From Podarcis cretensis (Eukaryota): 64,000 nucleotides of DNA. The notes under the pieces are model-generated. The model was not told the DNA's origin. It saw nothing but the letters and a program-made list of their open reading frames with translations, and searched no databases. The translations under genes and the position numbers were made by a program. The DNA is taken from positions 69,998,001 to 70,062,000 of the forward strand of contig OX638155.1 in the NCBI GenBank assembly GCA_951804945.1. The letters run 5' to 3'. Below are positions 25,603 to 40,054 of this stretch, one piece after another; position 1 is the stretch's first letter, and each line of letters starts with the position of its first letter.

Positions 25603-26933
25603 CAGAGAGAGATTATTTCTGAAAATCCCTACATTTTTCATACAGTTTTAAACGCTTCTATTAATCTGTGAGATGCTAACTGTATTTTGTATCCAAAAGT
25701 TAAAACATGTATGGTAAAGTTGATCAATGTAATGCAAATGTACTGCTGCTTTTTCTGAAAATTCATACTTCAGGTGCCCTAGCAACGTTCCCTTCTCACA
25801 ATACAGCCACCATGTGGAGGCCACATGAAGCTATCTCAGCTGAGTGGCTGCTCCGTACAGCAAATTGTTTATGTTTACTGGCTCCCACCCACGTGTCTTA
25901 TTTCTACACTGTCAGAAACAGCTTGGAAATTGTGTGGACAGAAGCCATGTGGTTTGTGAGTGCTGAGGGCCACTGAGTACAATATGGCCACCACCTAGAC
26001 ACTGTTTGAAACAGTGAAACTACTTGGCAACTGTTCCCACGTAGCACACCATGATCTATAAAATGGCTTGCCATGCAGAGTCTGTTTGAAGCAGGAATGT
26101 TTGGGGCTGCGTGCAGAGAAACCACATGGCAAGGTACATACCACACAATGAGTTGGCATATACACATGAAGCATCACCACCACATGGAGACAGTTTCAGG
26201 CAACCACCCTAAGAGGTCCATATCATGAGAATCAGCTCACACAGATATCTGCCCACCCTGCGATCCAAGCTACCATACAGAGGCAGTTTCTGGCAGCCTC
26301 CATGTGGCAACTGTGTGGAAAGAAACCGTTTCTTAGTAACTAAGGTATCAGAGTTTGTTGTAATGTGTATTAATGTGTGCGTTAGTATGAAACAAATTAT
26401 AACGTCGTGGGACCAGACAGCACAAATGGCAGCTTTTCCTATGTTAATCCCCATTTATCCAGTGTAGCATATAGATTTTTTTAAAAACCCAAGAATTAGA
26501 GTAACAATTACTGGTTTATGGTTTCAAAGTATGCTACATTTTCTTCTTTTTGTATTAACAAATGCTTATCTAATTAGGTTTTAGGAAAGTTTCATTGGAA
26601 ACATTGCCTCCCTTAATAAAGAAATGGAAAGTTATTTGTAAGCCAATGCTCTCCTTGACACTAGTGGTGCATTCACATGCCATGTGAAATTTTTCTTTAG
26701 TACTTGTGCAAGAATTAGTATGTAATTCATGTATGGTTTACAGATAGAAGAACACACACATTCATGGGCAAAGGAACTGGGATTTAATCATCCTCTAAAA
26801 ATGATTGTGGATCGGAGCAGCATGCAAGCTGTTCTGGGTTTTTCTCACTTTAAATAGCAGCCTGAGCAAGCAAGCTCAGAGTGATGCTTCTTGGCAGTCG
26901 GCTGTGATTGAATTCACAGCTGGCCAACATGGC

Positions 26934-27051
26934 ACCCCCTAGATGTTATTGGACTGCAACTTCCACCAGCCCCAGCAAATATAGCCAACAGTCAGTGGTG
27001 ATAGGAGTTGTAGTCCAGTGACATCTGAAGTGCGCCACATTGGTTCCCCTT
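26934..27051. mobile_element. Palindromic hAT-type MITE, degenerate
   Basis: agatgttattggactgcaacttcc...ggagttgtagtccagtgacatct inverted arms. Confidence 0.6.
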
Positions 27052-28404
27052 GATTTAAACAAATTTCTGAGAACTCTAGAGATGTGATGCTAGGCTTCCT
27101 CAGAGTCCTCTCACAGAGTTTTGCACACTTTTGGTAGCAGGTAGTACAGTCAAGGTGGCACTTGCAGTTGACCATTGTTCTAGTACAAAGGAGTAGAAGC
27201 CGTTTTTGAGGTTTCTGGGGCCCAAGTCGTTAATCATCTGCCCTGCCATCTTAAATATCTAGCATACTGCATCCTAAGCATTTTTTGCTGGCAGAGAAGG
27301 TAATGGGAATTTAACATGGTCTCTTTATTTTTCTTTTATTTCTTGTAAAAATCAGATGTGATTCTATCCTTAGCATACAGTTTCCAGAATATAAGTGCCC
27401 CACTCACATGACCTTAATTTCATATGTTATTCCAAAGGATAAACATTTGTTGCAATGGATTATGTAATCCTCTGTTGATAAAGACGTAACATTTACTTTT
27501 TCCCCCTAGTAAAATTCAGCATGCTGGCCCATTACCAAGATGATAATTGCCCCCAAGAAGTTGATTTTCCCTAAGAAAAATCATGAAAAAATTCTGCAAT
27601 CAAAAACATAAAAGATAAATCATGTACTTGAACCAAAATAGATTTCTACCCTCGTTTTTTTAAAAAAAAGTTAATCTGAATTATTTTTATTTATTTTTCA
27701 ATGTGTTTGAGAACTAACCCTTATGGATCAAGCAGTTTAACCTGAGTGTTAAGTGCAAGATTGGGTTCAGTCCAGATTTTAAGGTCTATGTTATTTGGTT
27801 ATCTGAAACAGACCTCTATGTTATTGGGATTACATTTCTTTTTTCTTTGTCTTACCTTAATTTAGTGGTCTAAAAGAGATGAATGTTCTAGCTAGACCCT
27901 TTCAAGGCCTATCAAAATATTGGATAAAATGTGTCAGACCTTTTCTAATGTCTCATATATAGCTTAAAATTTTTACTAAAACTTCACAAACCTAGCTTGG
28001 TAGTGAAATGGATTGTGTTTTGTTTTAACTGTTTAAATTTTAAATAATTATTTAGACCTTGAACAGCTAACTATTCTCCTGTTTTATATTGCAAAGCACA
28101 CAAATACTACATCTTAGCTATTTATTCCAAATATGTTTTTAAAAGCTTCTCCTTATCTAAATAGAATGCTGTCACCTTAAGAAATTTGTTTAAAAGTGTT
28201 ACACCAAACTGGCTTTCATATTAAATCACAGTATGTTGAGAGTGCTGAATTAGGACTTTGGAGCTCTTGGCACAAATCCCCACTTAGCTATGAAACTCAC
28301 TTTCTTATCGTGAATTTCTTCATGCCAGTCACCCCCTCCCTTTCTCAACCTATTCTGTCTCATAGGGCTAGTAGGAGGATAAAATGAGGTGACCACAGTT
28401 TTCC

Positions 28405-29010
28405 TCCACTTACGTTCAAGCTGTCTCCCAGCTTCTTCTCTCACCCTAAGCTCTGGGCAATCATGTTAGCAGCCCAAGCCATTTGGATGTTCAAGAGTTT
28501 GGCCAGGGCTTCAACAGGAGTGCCAGTCATGGCAGCTAAAAAAATTCCCCAGAGCTGTCAGGAAACCCATCAACCTCTGAGGGCAGATCATCCTAATTGG
28601 TCCCCTGCCTCTGCAGAGGGGGAAAGTTTCTGAAAGCCTCAATCCCAACAGAAAATGATCTAACCATGACAAAGGACTGATGCTAGTATCTCCTACTTTC
28701 TTATCACCCTCTTCCTGCCCTGTTGAGAAAACAAAGTCCAGTGTGTGGCCTGCCACATGCATTGGGCCAGTGACATGTTGGGACAGCCCCATGGTTGTCA
28801 TGGCAGCCATGAAGTCTTGAGCCACCCCAGAACCAGTCACCTCAGTAGGATGCTGAAGTCTTCCAAAACCAGCAGTCTGGGAATCCTTGGCACTGCCTAC
28901 AACGCCAGTTCTGTCAGTTCAGGCAGGGAGAATGCTGGGCAGCGAGGCAGGCAGTAAACCACCAGAATTCCTAATCTGTCTCGACTGCTCAATGCCAGGA
29001 ACACCACCAC
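28405..29010 (-). mobile_element. L2/CR1-clade LINE ORF2 endonuclease fragment
   Basis: ORF 28511-28840: QDFMAAMTTMGLSQHVTGPMHVAGHTLDFVF...PLSWLDHFL, matching the APE motifs GHTLD and SDH. Confidence 0.82.
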
Positions 29011-29817
29011 CACTGTGAGTTAGGTTCGACTGAGAGTTGCTCTTAATGGCTGAATAAGAATTTACACCTGGGTCTCATAGGTCCTATTCCAACACACTTA
29101 ATGACTCCACGACACTGGCTCCATAATCCCCACACTGTAATTATTTATGGGTGGTTTTTTTTTCATATTTTGAGCTGATGTGGACTCGAAAGGATTTCCA
29201 TTTCCATAGGAATAGGGGGGAAAATGAATCCCCTTTCTAAAATTCTGATAAAAGGAATCAGAATTTATGTTCATGCTCTAGTCATGATATTCTTGCCCAC
29301 AAAAAACATTTAACTTTTAGCTGGAGCACAAAATTGGGTCAGACGTCATAATGAAGAAGAAGATATGATTGGCACGTTTACTCTGTGGTTTCACGCTTGC
29401 AATTTGTTCCATATTTTATGTGATGTGAAAAATGAGCTCATGATTGGCTAAAGATGTTTAGATGAGAGTTTGAAAATGACTATGATGCAAGTTGGAAAGA
29501 GGACTTAAATAGTCCTGTTACATAATCATAACTAAAATAAAATGGAATTGCTTCATGCAGATGTATAACATTCTTCATTCAACGCACCCACTTCAGAAGT
29601 ATATTCTGTCTTGGCTATGTGACCTGAGGAGTTTTCTCTGTTGTTAAAATATAGTACCGGAGCCAGTAAATCCCTGAAATATATTTTTGCCACCACTACA
29701 TATATATTTTCACACAATTTAATCAAGCATTTCAAACATTAAAACAAGCTTTGTGTTAAATCAATGTTTCCAATTGGTTAAATGATATATTAAACTACTG
29801 GTAATGCACTCAAGTCA

Positions 29818-30183
29818 GGGACGTGGGTGGCGCTGTGGGTAAAACCTCAGTGCCTAGGGCTTGCCGATCGCATGGTCGGCGGTTTGAATCCCCGCGGTGG
29901 GGTGAGCTCCCGTCCTTTCGGTCCCAGCTCCTGCCCACCTAGCAGTTCAAAAGCACCCCTAAGTGCAAGTAGATAAATAGGTACCGCTTTATAGCGGGAA
30001 GGTAAACGGTGTTTCCGTGTGCTGTGCTGGTGCTGGCTCGCCAGAGCAGCTTCGTCACGCTGGCCACATGACCCGGAAGTGTCTCCAGACAGCGCTGGCC
30101 CCCGGCCTCTAGAGTGAGATGGGCGCACAACCCTAGAGTCGGACACGACTGGCCCGTACGGGCAGGGGTACCTTTGCCTTTTT
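29818..30183 (+). mobile_element. Sauria SINE, full length
   Basis: gggacgtgggtggcgctgtggg head to cctttgccttt tail; flanking repeat taatgcactca at 29802 and 30184. Confidence 0.93.
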
Positions 30184-32161
30184 TAATGCACTCATTATTT
30201 TTAGTTGTTCACTTTTGGAACAATCTTTTTGACCATCAAGGAGAGATGATGGCTCAAGCAAGGGGAAGGCAGTAGTTCCTGATTCCCTTGGCAGAGCAGA
30301 TGAGCAAGGCAAAAATCAGCACCTGGCTAGGAGACCAGGGTGTGGGTCTAAGACCATGGATACCACTCCTGCAGCTGAGGCAAAGCAGATAAGTTGTCTT
30401 AGTAAAATACTGGAGCAAATAGTTAAGTTGTGTAACAGGAGTATGTAGTCATGGATTAGAGGCCCCCATCTCCAGAGTGTTGCATCGTGACTAGTTAAAG
30501 TACGGATGCTGCCTTCCTCAGCTTTTGGCTCATTCAAGATCGTGAAGTTTGCAACTATGGGTTCAGTGTTGTGGAGGTGGTCTCCAGTGCCAAGAAACCC
30601 ACAGGGGATGGGCAAAGGCATGGATCCATCTCTTCCTTAAAATTGCAGTTGTTGGAAGACGTTGCCTCTAAGGAATCCTAGTCTGAGACTTCCCTGCCAC
30701 AAATAAGCATATTACAATTGTGTGTGTGTTCATAAAACAGGAAATGATATGCAAGAGAACTGGATTTTCTTCCAGGCTATGTGTTTAAGAAAGTTCTTCG
30801 GTTAAAGCAGGAAAGAATAGCCGAATAATTTTATACCAAACCTATTTGTGATTGTAAAGAAATCAGGTCTGTTTCAGTCATTATTTTAAAGTTGCCAATT
30901 TTTATTGATTTTTTATTGATTTTTAATCTATATACTATAAAGGAAGCGACCCACTGCAGTGTTAACAAGCTGTAATTGCAAGCCTCTCACTTGAACAGCT
31001 TGAACCATGAGTTTTTTTACAGAAAATAGTCCACGATCCAAAGAACATCTTAGAATCGTGTCATGGGGCTAGTGTTAGCCTACTATGAGTTTTAAACTTA
31101 AATAACTATTACCATGCCATATTACAAAATGCTTTTGAAACACTCCATTAAAAAAAGAAGAAGAGTTTAACCTGCAACACGGGGAGCTTCTGTTAGTAAG
31201 ACAGGTCTAACCTTAATGGGGTCACTGTAATTGTCCCAAATTCTGTCTGGCATAAAATGATTTTGAGGCTGGCTTTTCATTTCCTTGATTTCCTTGGAGA
31301 TTTTAGTTTTCATATTAATACATTGGACTGACAGTCCTTGCCAACTATTAAGGTAATGCGGCTGCTTAAACAGGGAGATTCATGACATATCATGATTTAG
31401 TAATAAAAAGCACCTGAGCATATTTACAACAATGCTTGAGGATGCCCAGCAACAGGAGCGTGTGTCCGTGAAGTGGACATGTACTGTAGCAGCTATAGTT
31501 AAGCCTTATCTCTCTATCTTCCCTAAATGCTTTTGAATTCAAGGGGTTAAGCTAGTAAAGTCACTTATCTCAACACATGACAAGGAAGAATTTGCCACAG
31601 TTCCCTAGCTACTAGCATAGCTTTCATCACCTTCTCTATAGAGACTGCCATGAAGTGAAAGGATGGAGAAAATGCACTGAAGCAATCTAATAAGTAAACT
31701 ATCAACTTGACATTTTTCAGCGATTGAAAACTTTTTCACGTTGCAATTCATTCAGACAGAGAAACTGTAGAATCCCTCTGATTTAAGGCCCATCTGGTTA
31801 TGCTCAAAGTTTTAAAGCTATTCTATCAACATAAAAAAATAATAATTCCAAGTTGTATACTACTTTTCTTCGCCAAACTATCCATTTTTAAGCCACAAAT
31901 ATTTTCCCAGTACTTTTAGATTTTATCTAAAAAGTATATTTTAACAGTATTTTAAATAGTTTTTAAAACAATAACAATTTATCTTGATAGATGACATGCT
32001 GTGTTTTTTCATTTTATTTTAATTAGCCATTGTGAAACCAAATTCCCCTTTGTTTTATTCCTTTGAATACTGTTTAATTACGGTTATCATGCCAGATATC
32101 TTAAAGGTTATTTTACCAATACAGTTTCATTTAACATAAGCCATATGGAATCAATAGTGCT

Positions 32162-32477
32162 NNNNNNNNNNNNNNNNNNNNNNNNNNNNNNNNNNNNNNN
32201 NNNNNNNNNNNNNNNNNNNNNNNNNNNNNNNNNNNNNNNNNNNNNNNNNNNNNNNNNNNNNNNNNNNNNNNNNNNNNNNNNNNNNNNNNNNNNNNNNNNN
32301 NNNNNNNNNNNNNNNNNNNNNNNNNNNNNNNNNNNNNNNNNNNNNNNNNNNNNNNNNNNNNNNNNNNNNNNNNNNNNNNNNNNNNNNNNNNNNNNNNNNN
32401 NNNNNNNNNNNNNNNNNNNNNNNNNNNNNNNNNNNNNNNNNNNNNNNNNNNNNNNNNNNNNNNNNNNNNNNNNNNNN
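32162..32477. other. Assembly gap (N run)
   Basis: 316 N. Confidence 0.99.
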
Positions 32478-34230
32478 AAGTACATTTTCAACTAAAATAA
32501 TTTAAAACACATGTGATAGGGGACCTGAGTAATGTACAGTTGGTTTTTATGGTTTAATCATGATCATGTTAATGCACACCAGTAGCTAATTAAAGAAAAC
32601 TTTTATTGTTCGTTTTAAATGGGTTATGTAAAGAGTAAGTGAACTGATATAAATGCAGCTCAGCGATAAATGTTGCCATTACATTTGCTATCAGGAAGCC
32701 GATATTGGTGCTTTTGACATCTTTAAAATATTGGCCCATTTCTTCCATAACAAAGCATGGAACGTTTTTAGAGTTCTTGCATTTGGAATTGTTCACCAGT
32801 ATAAAAGGATATTCCATTTGATGCCCAGATTTATTGCCAAGCTTGCCTTTTAAAGTTAATAGCTGCAAATCCCAACTCAGTAACTGGCTAAGTGACATAT
32901 AACGATATATATCCTCCCAGAGATCATCCCTAGCAGATCTGTGTGTCTTGCCATAGCCCTTAAGGTCTGCTGGATATACTTTCCTGGAGGCATTGCCTGT
33001 GTGCCAAGTCAGAACATCAAAAGGTGATAATGCTGGTGTACTTTCTAGCTATGCAACTCCCTTCCCCTCAGAAGCCAGTTTAATTCCAAGTCTGGCTGCT
33101 TTCTAGAGACAGTACTGGCCTGTTGTGACTAGTGATTGATGGCTTTATCAAGCTTTTCTTATATATTGCTTTATTGGGTTTTTTTGGGGGGGTGGATTTT
33201 ATGGTTTGGTTTAATATATTCTACTTTTTTGTGCAACAGCTTGCACTTCTGGATTTACATGATAAAAAAATTGTATACAGTGCTTCAATACAATTCTTAC
33301 TAATTTATTAGTGAGACACATACTCAAACCAATGTTCTATTTTGCATAATATTTTGAAAAATAAGGCTGCTGTTCTGTTTTGTACAATACTTTTTTTAGA
33401 AGCAAAAAACCATGTGACAATGAGTTAATAGAAAATGCCTGTTCAAGATAGAACCAGGGATTTGGGCATTAAAAAGCAGGGTGGGGAATCATGCTTCTCT
33501 GTCATTAATTGATAGTGCCAGCTGTATACTGTGCAATATCAGTACAGGACTCACCACTCCTACTTAGATCAGCCTGTGTCTAATATAAAGACTTTTCCAG
33601 GCTGCTTCAAAAGCCGTCCCAGGATATTTAAATATCATGGGTTTGTCAGGGTTACGGTAATCAGTGCAGAAGTTTAAGAAATAGGTATTGAATTCAAGTT
33701 GGAAAATCTGTAACTAGAAAACAAAAAATTATAGTATTAATGTTTCTCTTTGCAAAGCTATGCTTCAGTAAATTGATAGGTCTAAGGAAATAGTTGTTTC
33801 CTTTGACTCATAAAAAGGCACTATGTGGACACATTTCAGTGGGGATTTTTTCTTATATATTTTATGCTGAACATCTTCTAAGTGGACCATATTGCCTTTT
33901 CTTTAGCAACAGGCCTATTGGGAAGACAGTGGCATTAGTCCCAATTCTTTGCTTAACCACTCAACAGTTCTTGTGGTACACAGCAATGCACTGAGTGGGA
34001 ACAAAGTCAACAGGACTTGTTTGTCGTCATGACTTCAACACACAACATCCTGTTAGCGACCAAGATGGTTTAAAGATGTGAAAGGCAAACAAGTGGCTCG
34101 CTGAAGGAACTGGTCATATTTTCTCTACAGCAGGGGTGACTAAACTTTTTCAGGCTGAGGACCATACTGACTCATGCTCCACTCTCTCCTCCTGGGGCCA
34201 AACTGGGTGTGGCAGAAATGTATAAGTGGG

Positions 34231-34435
34231 CATAGAATCATAAAATGGTGGAGCTGGAAGGAACCTTGAGGGTCATCTAGTCCAGTGCTTCCCAACCTTG
34301 GGCCTCCAGCTGTTTTGGGACTACAACTCCCATCATCCCTAGCTAGCAAGACCAGTGGTCAGGGATGATGGGAATTGTAGTTCAAAAACAGCTGGAGGCC
34401 CAAGATTGGGAAACACTGATCTAGTCCAAACTGCA
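34231..34435 (-). mobile_element. CR1 3' tail interrupted by a MITE
   Basis: catagaatcata...ggaaggaaccttgagggtcatctagtc|caa is the reverse complement of a CR1 3' end. Confidence 0.7.
34283..34418. mobile_element. Palindromic hAT MITE (136 bp)
   Basis: TIR cagtgcttcccaa/ttgggaaacactg; perfect 8-bp TSD atctagtc; near-complete hairpin. Confidence 0.92.
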
Positions 34436-34867
34436 ATGCATGAATCTCAACACGTGGCCCCTCCAATCTACTTTGAAACCATACTGGACCCTGCATAGCC
34501 TTGCAAATGTGCTAGCAGAACAGCCAGTGTTAATTTTGTTAAGAATGAGTTCTCAGGGGTGGGGCTCAGAAAAGTCTTTTGGCTCCACAGAATCACGGCT
34601 GCAGGGCGGGGAGGCTATGAAGCAGTCAGTAACAAATATTGTTTTATTTTTATTTATTTTGATAATAATTGACAAATCTGGAAGCTTTGGGGGATGACAA
34701 AAAAAAAAACCTTTTGGCATTACAACAGGGGCCTATAGCAACAACTGAGTTACAGAAGTTCTAATAATATTTTTTTTAAAAGGAAGAATTTTGTGGGTCA
34801 TCATGGGTGTCACAGCAGCAGATCAGTAATTCAGCCAGCAATTTTAAATACTATATACTACTGGTAA

Positions 34868-35097
34868 GCCAGGTGCTCCCCATCTTATATTTGTGCAGCT
34901 GGTTCTTCCTGCCCAAGTGCAGAATCTTACCTTTGTCCCTATTGAAATTCATTCTATTAGTTTGGGCCCAGTTTTCCAATCTGTTAAGATCATCATGAAT
35001 CCTGATTCTTCTGTGGCAATAGCTACCCCTCCCAGTTTGCTGTCCTCTGCAAATTTGATGAGCACCCCCTCAATACCTTCACCCAGATCTGTTATTT
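34868..35097 (-). mobile_element. CR1 LINE reverse transcriptase fragment
   Basis: Minus strand DLGEGIEGVLIKFAEDSKLGG (FADD-region motif), then MNFNRDKGKILHLGRKN. Confidence 0.85.
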
Positions 35098-35459
35098 AAA
35101 TATAATTAATTACTTAAAAGGCAGCTGATCAGTTAAAACATCTTAAATTGGCTGACACACTATCTTTTGAATTCCTAAATGGTCTGAAAAACAAATTAGT
35201 TTGAATGTAGGAAACATGTATTCCTCCTGCCACATCTTTCACTAGCATGTCATTAAATATGAGTCACCATTTCTCTGGAACAGACACCTGCTGAGTTTTC
35301 ATGAGTGATTCCTATTTTAAAAGTTAACTTGGCAAGTTTCTTTTTTTATAGAATTCTCTCTCTCTTGACCTCATGTTTATATAGCAATTGTTTTATGTTG
35401 TGAAATGGAAATACTTAGGATATGACTATTTTAAGTTAATATGCTATTTTTCTTTCCAG

Positions 35460-36162
35460 GTTTCCAAACAGGAACAGAAAAAAATGGATACATCTGATGG
35501 AGGCATGACTGAAACATCTTCACGTTACAGTGGAGCCCAAGACAGTGGCATTGGCAGTGACAGTGTTAAAATCAGAATAGTCCAAATAGAACAACACAGT
35601 GGTACCAGCCATCACCGCATTGCCCGTCCTTCTCGGCAGTCTTCTATTGTGAAGAACCTGAACTTCATTCCCTTTGATATTTTTATTACAGCAAGCCGAA
35701 TATCCTTCATGACTTACTCATGTGCCACTTTACCTAAATCAAAATCGATGGAAGATCAGAAAGATGGAGAGAAAGCAGCCAAAACTTCATTAAACCTTCC
35801 TGAAGCAAACTTGAGAGCTGAGCACGATTTCAAAAAGCCCAGTGGAGCAGGCATTTCATCTGTAACAGCAGATGACCTATTGAATGCTAACAGTTCACTG
35901 CCTTCTGGGAAAAAAGCAGGTCTTCTGTCTCTTGAAAGTCTTCATGCTTCTACAAGATCATCCGCTAGGCAAGCCTTGGGCATAACTATTGTTCGACAGC
36001 CTGGTCGCAGGGGAACTAGCGACTTGCAGTTAGAACCATTTTTGCACCTTGTCGTATCCCAACCTTCTTTGATCTTAAGCTGTCATCATAGAAAGCAGAG
36101 AGTGGAAATATCTGTGTTTGATGCTGTCCTTAAAGGTGTAGCTTCAGACTACAAGTGCACAG
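35460..36162 (+). CDS. VPS13B: VPS13B large coding exon (703 bp; VSKQEQKK...SGAQDSGIGSDSVKIRIVQIEQHSG...GVASDYKCT)
   Basis: tctttccag| acceptor, |gtaag donor; stop-free frame within ORF 35388-36176 with strong similarity to VPS13B. Confidence 0.97.
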
Positions 36163-36378
36163 GTAAGACCATTTAATGTCTGGCAGAATAATAATTCTTT
36201 TGTTCAGAGATTACTTGATGTACTATGGACAGCTTTCCTTCATGACCACATAATCTGGCCTCTGCTCAAGTTCAGAAACATTAAAAAAAAATCTTAAGAA
36301 AACAGTACTGTATAGCTAAACGTTTCAGTCTGAAGTGTTTCCCCGTTTTCTCGCACAAACCAGTACATGAATGTCATT

Positions 36379-36820
36379 GTTGTTTAGTCGTTTAGTCGTG
36401 TCCGACTCTTCGTGACCCCATGGACCAGAGCACGCCAGGCACTCCTGTCTTCCACTGCCTCCTGCAGTTTGGTCAAACTCATGCTGGTAGCTTCGAGAAC
36501 ACTGTCCAACCATCTCGTCCTCTGTCTTCCCCTTCTCCTTGTGCCCTCCATCTTTCCCAACATCAGGGTCTTTTCCAGGGAGTCTTCTCATGAGGTGGCC
36601 AAAGTATTGGAGCCTCAGCTTCAGGATCTATCCTTCCAGTGAGCACTCAGGGCTGATTTCCTTAAGAATGGATAGGTTTAATCTTCTTGCCATCCATGGG
36701 ACTCTCAAGAGTCTCCTCCAGCACCATAATTCAAAAGCATCAATTCTTCGGCGATCAGCCTTCTTTATGGTCCAGCTCTTACTTCCATACATCACTACTG
36801 GGAAAACCATAGTTTTAACT
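36379..36820 (-). mobile_element. BovB (RTE) LINE, 5' truncated
   Basis: Encodes MVFPVVMYGSKSWTIKKADRRRIDAFELWCWRRLLRVPW; short-repeat tail; TSD atgtcatt at 36371 and 36821. Confidence 0.95.
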
Positions 36821-38350
36821 ATGTCATTATTAACCTTTAAAACATCTAAATTGCTCCACGTAAAATGGAGTGCTTGCTGTGGAGCAGTACTGTTGTTCCT
36901 ATGCCATCTTTCTTTTAAGCAGTACTGCCTTAAGAGTACTGCCTTTGTAAGTACTGCTTTAAAAACCTTTGGGCCCATGAAAAGCCTTCTAGTCGGCTTA
37001 TCAGATCCAAGTATTAAAGGGAATCTGGATCTGCTGGTTTTTCTCTGGGGGCTCTACTTGAGCAATGCACATTTGGCTGGGGTTCCCCAATGATTTTTAA
37101 AAAGATATAATTACATATCAGTGTCGTTTTGAAGCGTCTGTTCCATGCTGCTGTCTCAACCCCATTTTCACTCCTGAAAATGTCATGTCAGCTGCTTGTC
37201 CACTTGGTAGCATCAGGGTTTTGATTTGAAAGGGTGATATGAATACTGCACAGATATTTGTGGGGAAGTGGCCACAACTAAGAGGACCTTTGCACAGAAG
37301 GGAAGGACCGTGCAGGAACTATCAACCACCCTGCTGCCTGGGACCCTTAGAAGGAGCTGCTACCTAAGGATTTTCTCCTGCTCTCTGAGATGGGGCAGGG
37401 GTGGTGGTGGTGGGGAGATCCCTTACTTTTTTGGCAGAAACCTGAGTGTGTTTGAATGTTACTGGTTTTCAAAATGTATTAGAATTTTGTATTTGTGTGG
37501 CATCCTTTCTGAGCCACTTTGGGGGCCTTTTTAGGTGGCACTTAAATAAGCAAGAACAAAAGATCCCAGGTTCCATCCCCAACCTAAAACACTGGAGAGT
37601 CAGCCAGCATAGACAATACTAGGCTAGATGGACTAGCAGCTTCCTAGCTTATTGTGGCTGATTATGTACAGAAGTAAGGACTACCATATTGGTATATATG
37701 TGCATCATTTGCAGAAAAGGATGAAAAGGAAATGACGTGAAACAGAATGATTTTCTACTTTAGTCCATTGCCAGTAACAAGCATTAAATAGGAAATAAAA
37801 TACCAATCTTCTCACTGACAAAACTGACAAATGGAAGAATTTTGATCCGAGATACTGTTTCTCTATCACTCCAAAATATGGATATTCATATTTGAAATCA
37901 TTGGCCTAGATTTACTTTAACTTCTTCAGCATGTGATGGCTTTAAGATTAACAGCAGCAATCCTTCTCCTCTTGCCAAACTTTGGGCAATCCATTTCATT
38001 TTCAGAAAAGAAATACATTGTTAGATTTAGATGTAATACACCACATTTTTATTCTCCAAATTTCTGCCTAAAGATATTAACAAGTTTGTTAAATGTTTTG
38101 AGCAAAAAGGAGAGTAAAATCATAGTGAGAATAAATGCCATCTGTACTAAAGCTGTCTGTAGAATAAAATACTGAAGAAACTGAACTGATAACTTGGCTG
38201 GGATCCAAAGAGCTACTTTAGATGTACCCAGCAAGTGCAAAGTTTTCACCTTGCCTCTAGTTTAGATTTTGAACATATGGGCAGGGCCTGTGTGCTGTAT
38301 TAGTGTATAGCACCAAGTATCTTTTTAATAAGGAATAAATGGTGATGACA

Positions 38351-38726
38351 GGGGACGCAGGTGGCGCTGTGGGTTAAAGCCTCAGCGCCAAGGACTTGCC
38401 GATCAAAAGGTCGGCGGTTCGAATCCCTGCGGCGGGGTGCGCTCCCGCTGCTCGGTCCCAGCGCCTGCCAACCTAGCAGTTCGAAAGCACCTCCAGGTGC
38501 AAGTAGATAAATAGGGACCGCTTACCAGCGGGAAGGTAAACGGCGTTTCCGTGTGCGGCTCTGGCTCGCCAGAGCAGCGATGTCACGCTGGCCACGTGAC
38601 CCGGAAGTGTCTCCGGACAGCGCTGGCCCTTGGCCTCTTAAGTGAGATGGGCGCACAACCCCAGAGTCTGTCAAGACTGGCCCGTACGGGCAGGGGTACC
38701 TTTACCTTTACCTTTACCTTTACCTT
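38351..38726 (+). mobile_element. Sauria SINE, full length, young
   Basis: (accttt)n tail; 15-bp TSD taaatggtgatgaca; CpGs retained. Confidence 0.96.
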
Positions 38727-39643
38727 TAAATGGTGATGACAACAATGGGGACCGTACACACTTTTCTTTCTCTATTCTGAGATGTAACAGGAGCATTTTA
38801 AAGCAGCATCACTAGTATGTGTAATACCACGTGCTCCTCAGATGGGTCTAGTGTGTGGTCGTCAGGTAGGTCATTTTCCCTGTTTGCAGGACTTTACTAG
38901 CATCTAGAATCTAGATTAATGAATAAATTGAATGCTTCAGCCATGAACTATTCCATTTTGGAATACTTTCTGTTCACGAAGGTTTCTGTTTGGCCACTTG
39001 CTCGAATGGTGCCAGCTTTGTATCTAGTCCATCTGCCCATTGCCATCTCTCTCCTCTTTGTGCCCATGTCTGTGGTGCTTCTTAACTATTTAAACCTATA
39101 AACAAACAACCAGATTTAAATAAATTAAGGTATTTTATCAAGTAACCAGTATCGCATCAAAGCCGTTGTTGTGGTGGCTTATTTAGCAGTATTTCATTGA
39201 CTTATTTTCAAAATGTCAACCCTTAAAGCACAGACTACTAAGAAAAATAAATGTGGCTTTACTTTGACCAAACAAAGCAACGATGTGGCTCCATGAAGTT
39301 TTAATTGTCTCATAATTGTCAGGATTTGTGGTCAAAACTCACTATTCCATCACTCATGAGGAATGTGGTCATCCTATCGTGTCAGCGTCATCGTTTGGCG
39401 GTTTAAAAAAATAAATAAATTAGATTTGCCACACACATCTCAGGGATATTTGGCATGTATTATTTATTACCAGAAAATATGTCACTGGGAACTGTGCATG
39501 ACATTGTTTAAACCATTTAATTCAGTTAGTAACATTAATATTCAAGCCAATTCCTGCAGCTCGGGTCTGATGGATCATCTGTTAGTACTTTGTGGGGGAA
39601 AGTGGTATCTTGCAAAGAAAATGTAGGGTTCTGAAAGAAGAAA

Positions 39644-39671
<28 letters not shown>
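39644..39671 (+). repeat. (GT)n microsatellite
   Basis: Direct reading. Confidence 0.97.
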
Positions 39672-39674
<3 letters not shown>

Positions 39675-40054
39675 GCTTGTGGGCAGAGCTCCCCTGAAGC
39701 TGAAGACAGCAAAGAAGCTCCTCATATGGAAGTGTGATACATACACCGCAGATGTTCTATAAAGAAGCCATTGCAGCCTGTTCCTGATCTGGTGTGATAG
39801 GTTGGGACACTGGAGGAGGAAGTTACTATTTCTTTCTCTCTGCTAATATGATAGGAAATGTTACTTTTCTCCACTGTCAATTTATTCCTAATCTCTGCTT
39901 CTTAATTCTGTCTTACTAATAATGCATCAGCATGTCTTCCTGCCTTTATGACTGCTAATATTCCCCCCCCCTTAAGAATCTGAATGACTTTTGTCAAAAG
40001 CTTTTTGAAAGTTTAAATATAGAATACCTACTTATTTATAGACTGCACCAGCTG

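Noticed and set aside
32108-32495. ORFs spanning N runs (also 46927-47298 and 57973-58357)
   Set aside because: Artefacts of assembly gaps
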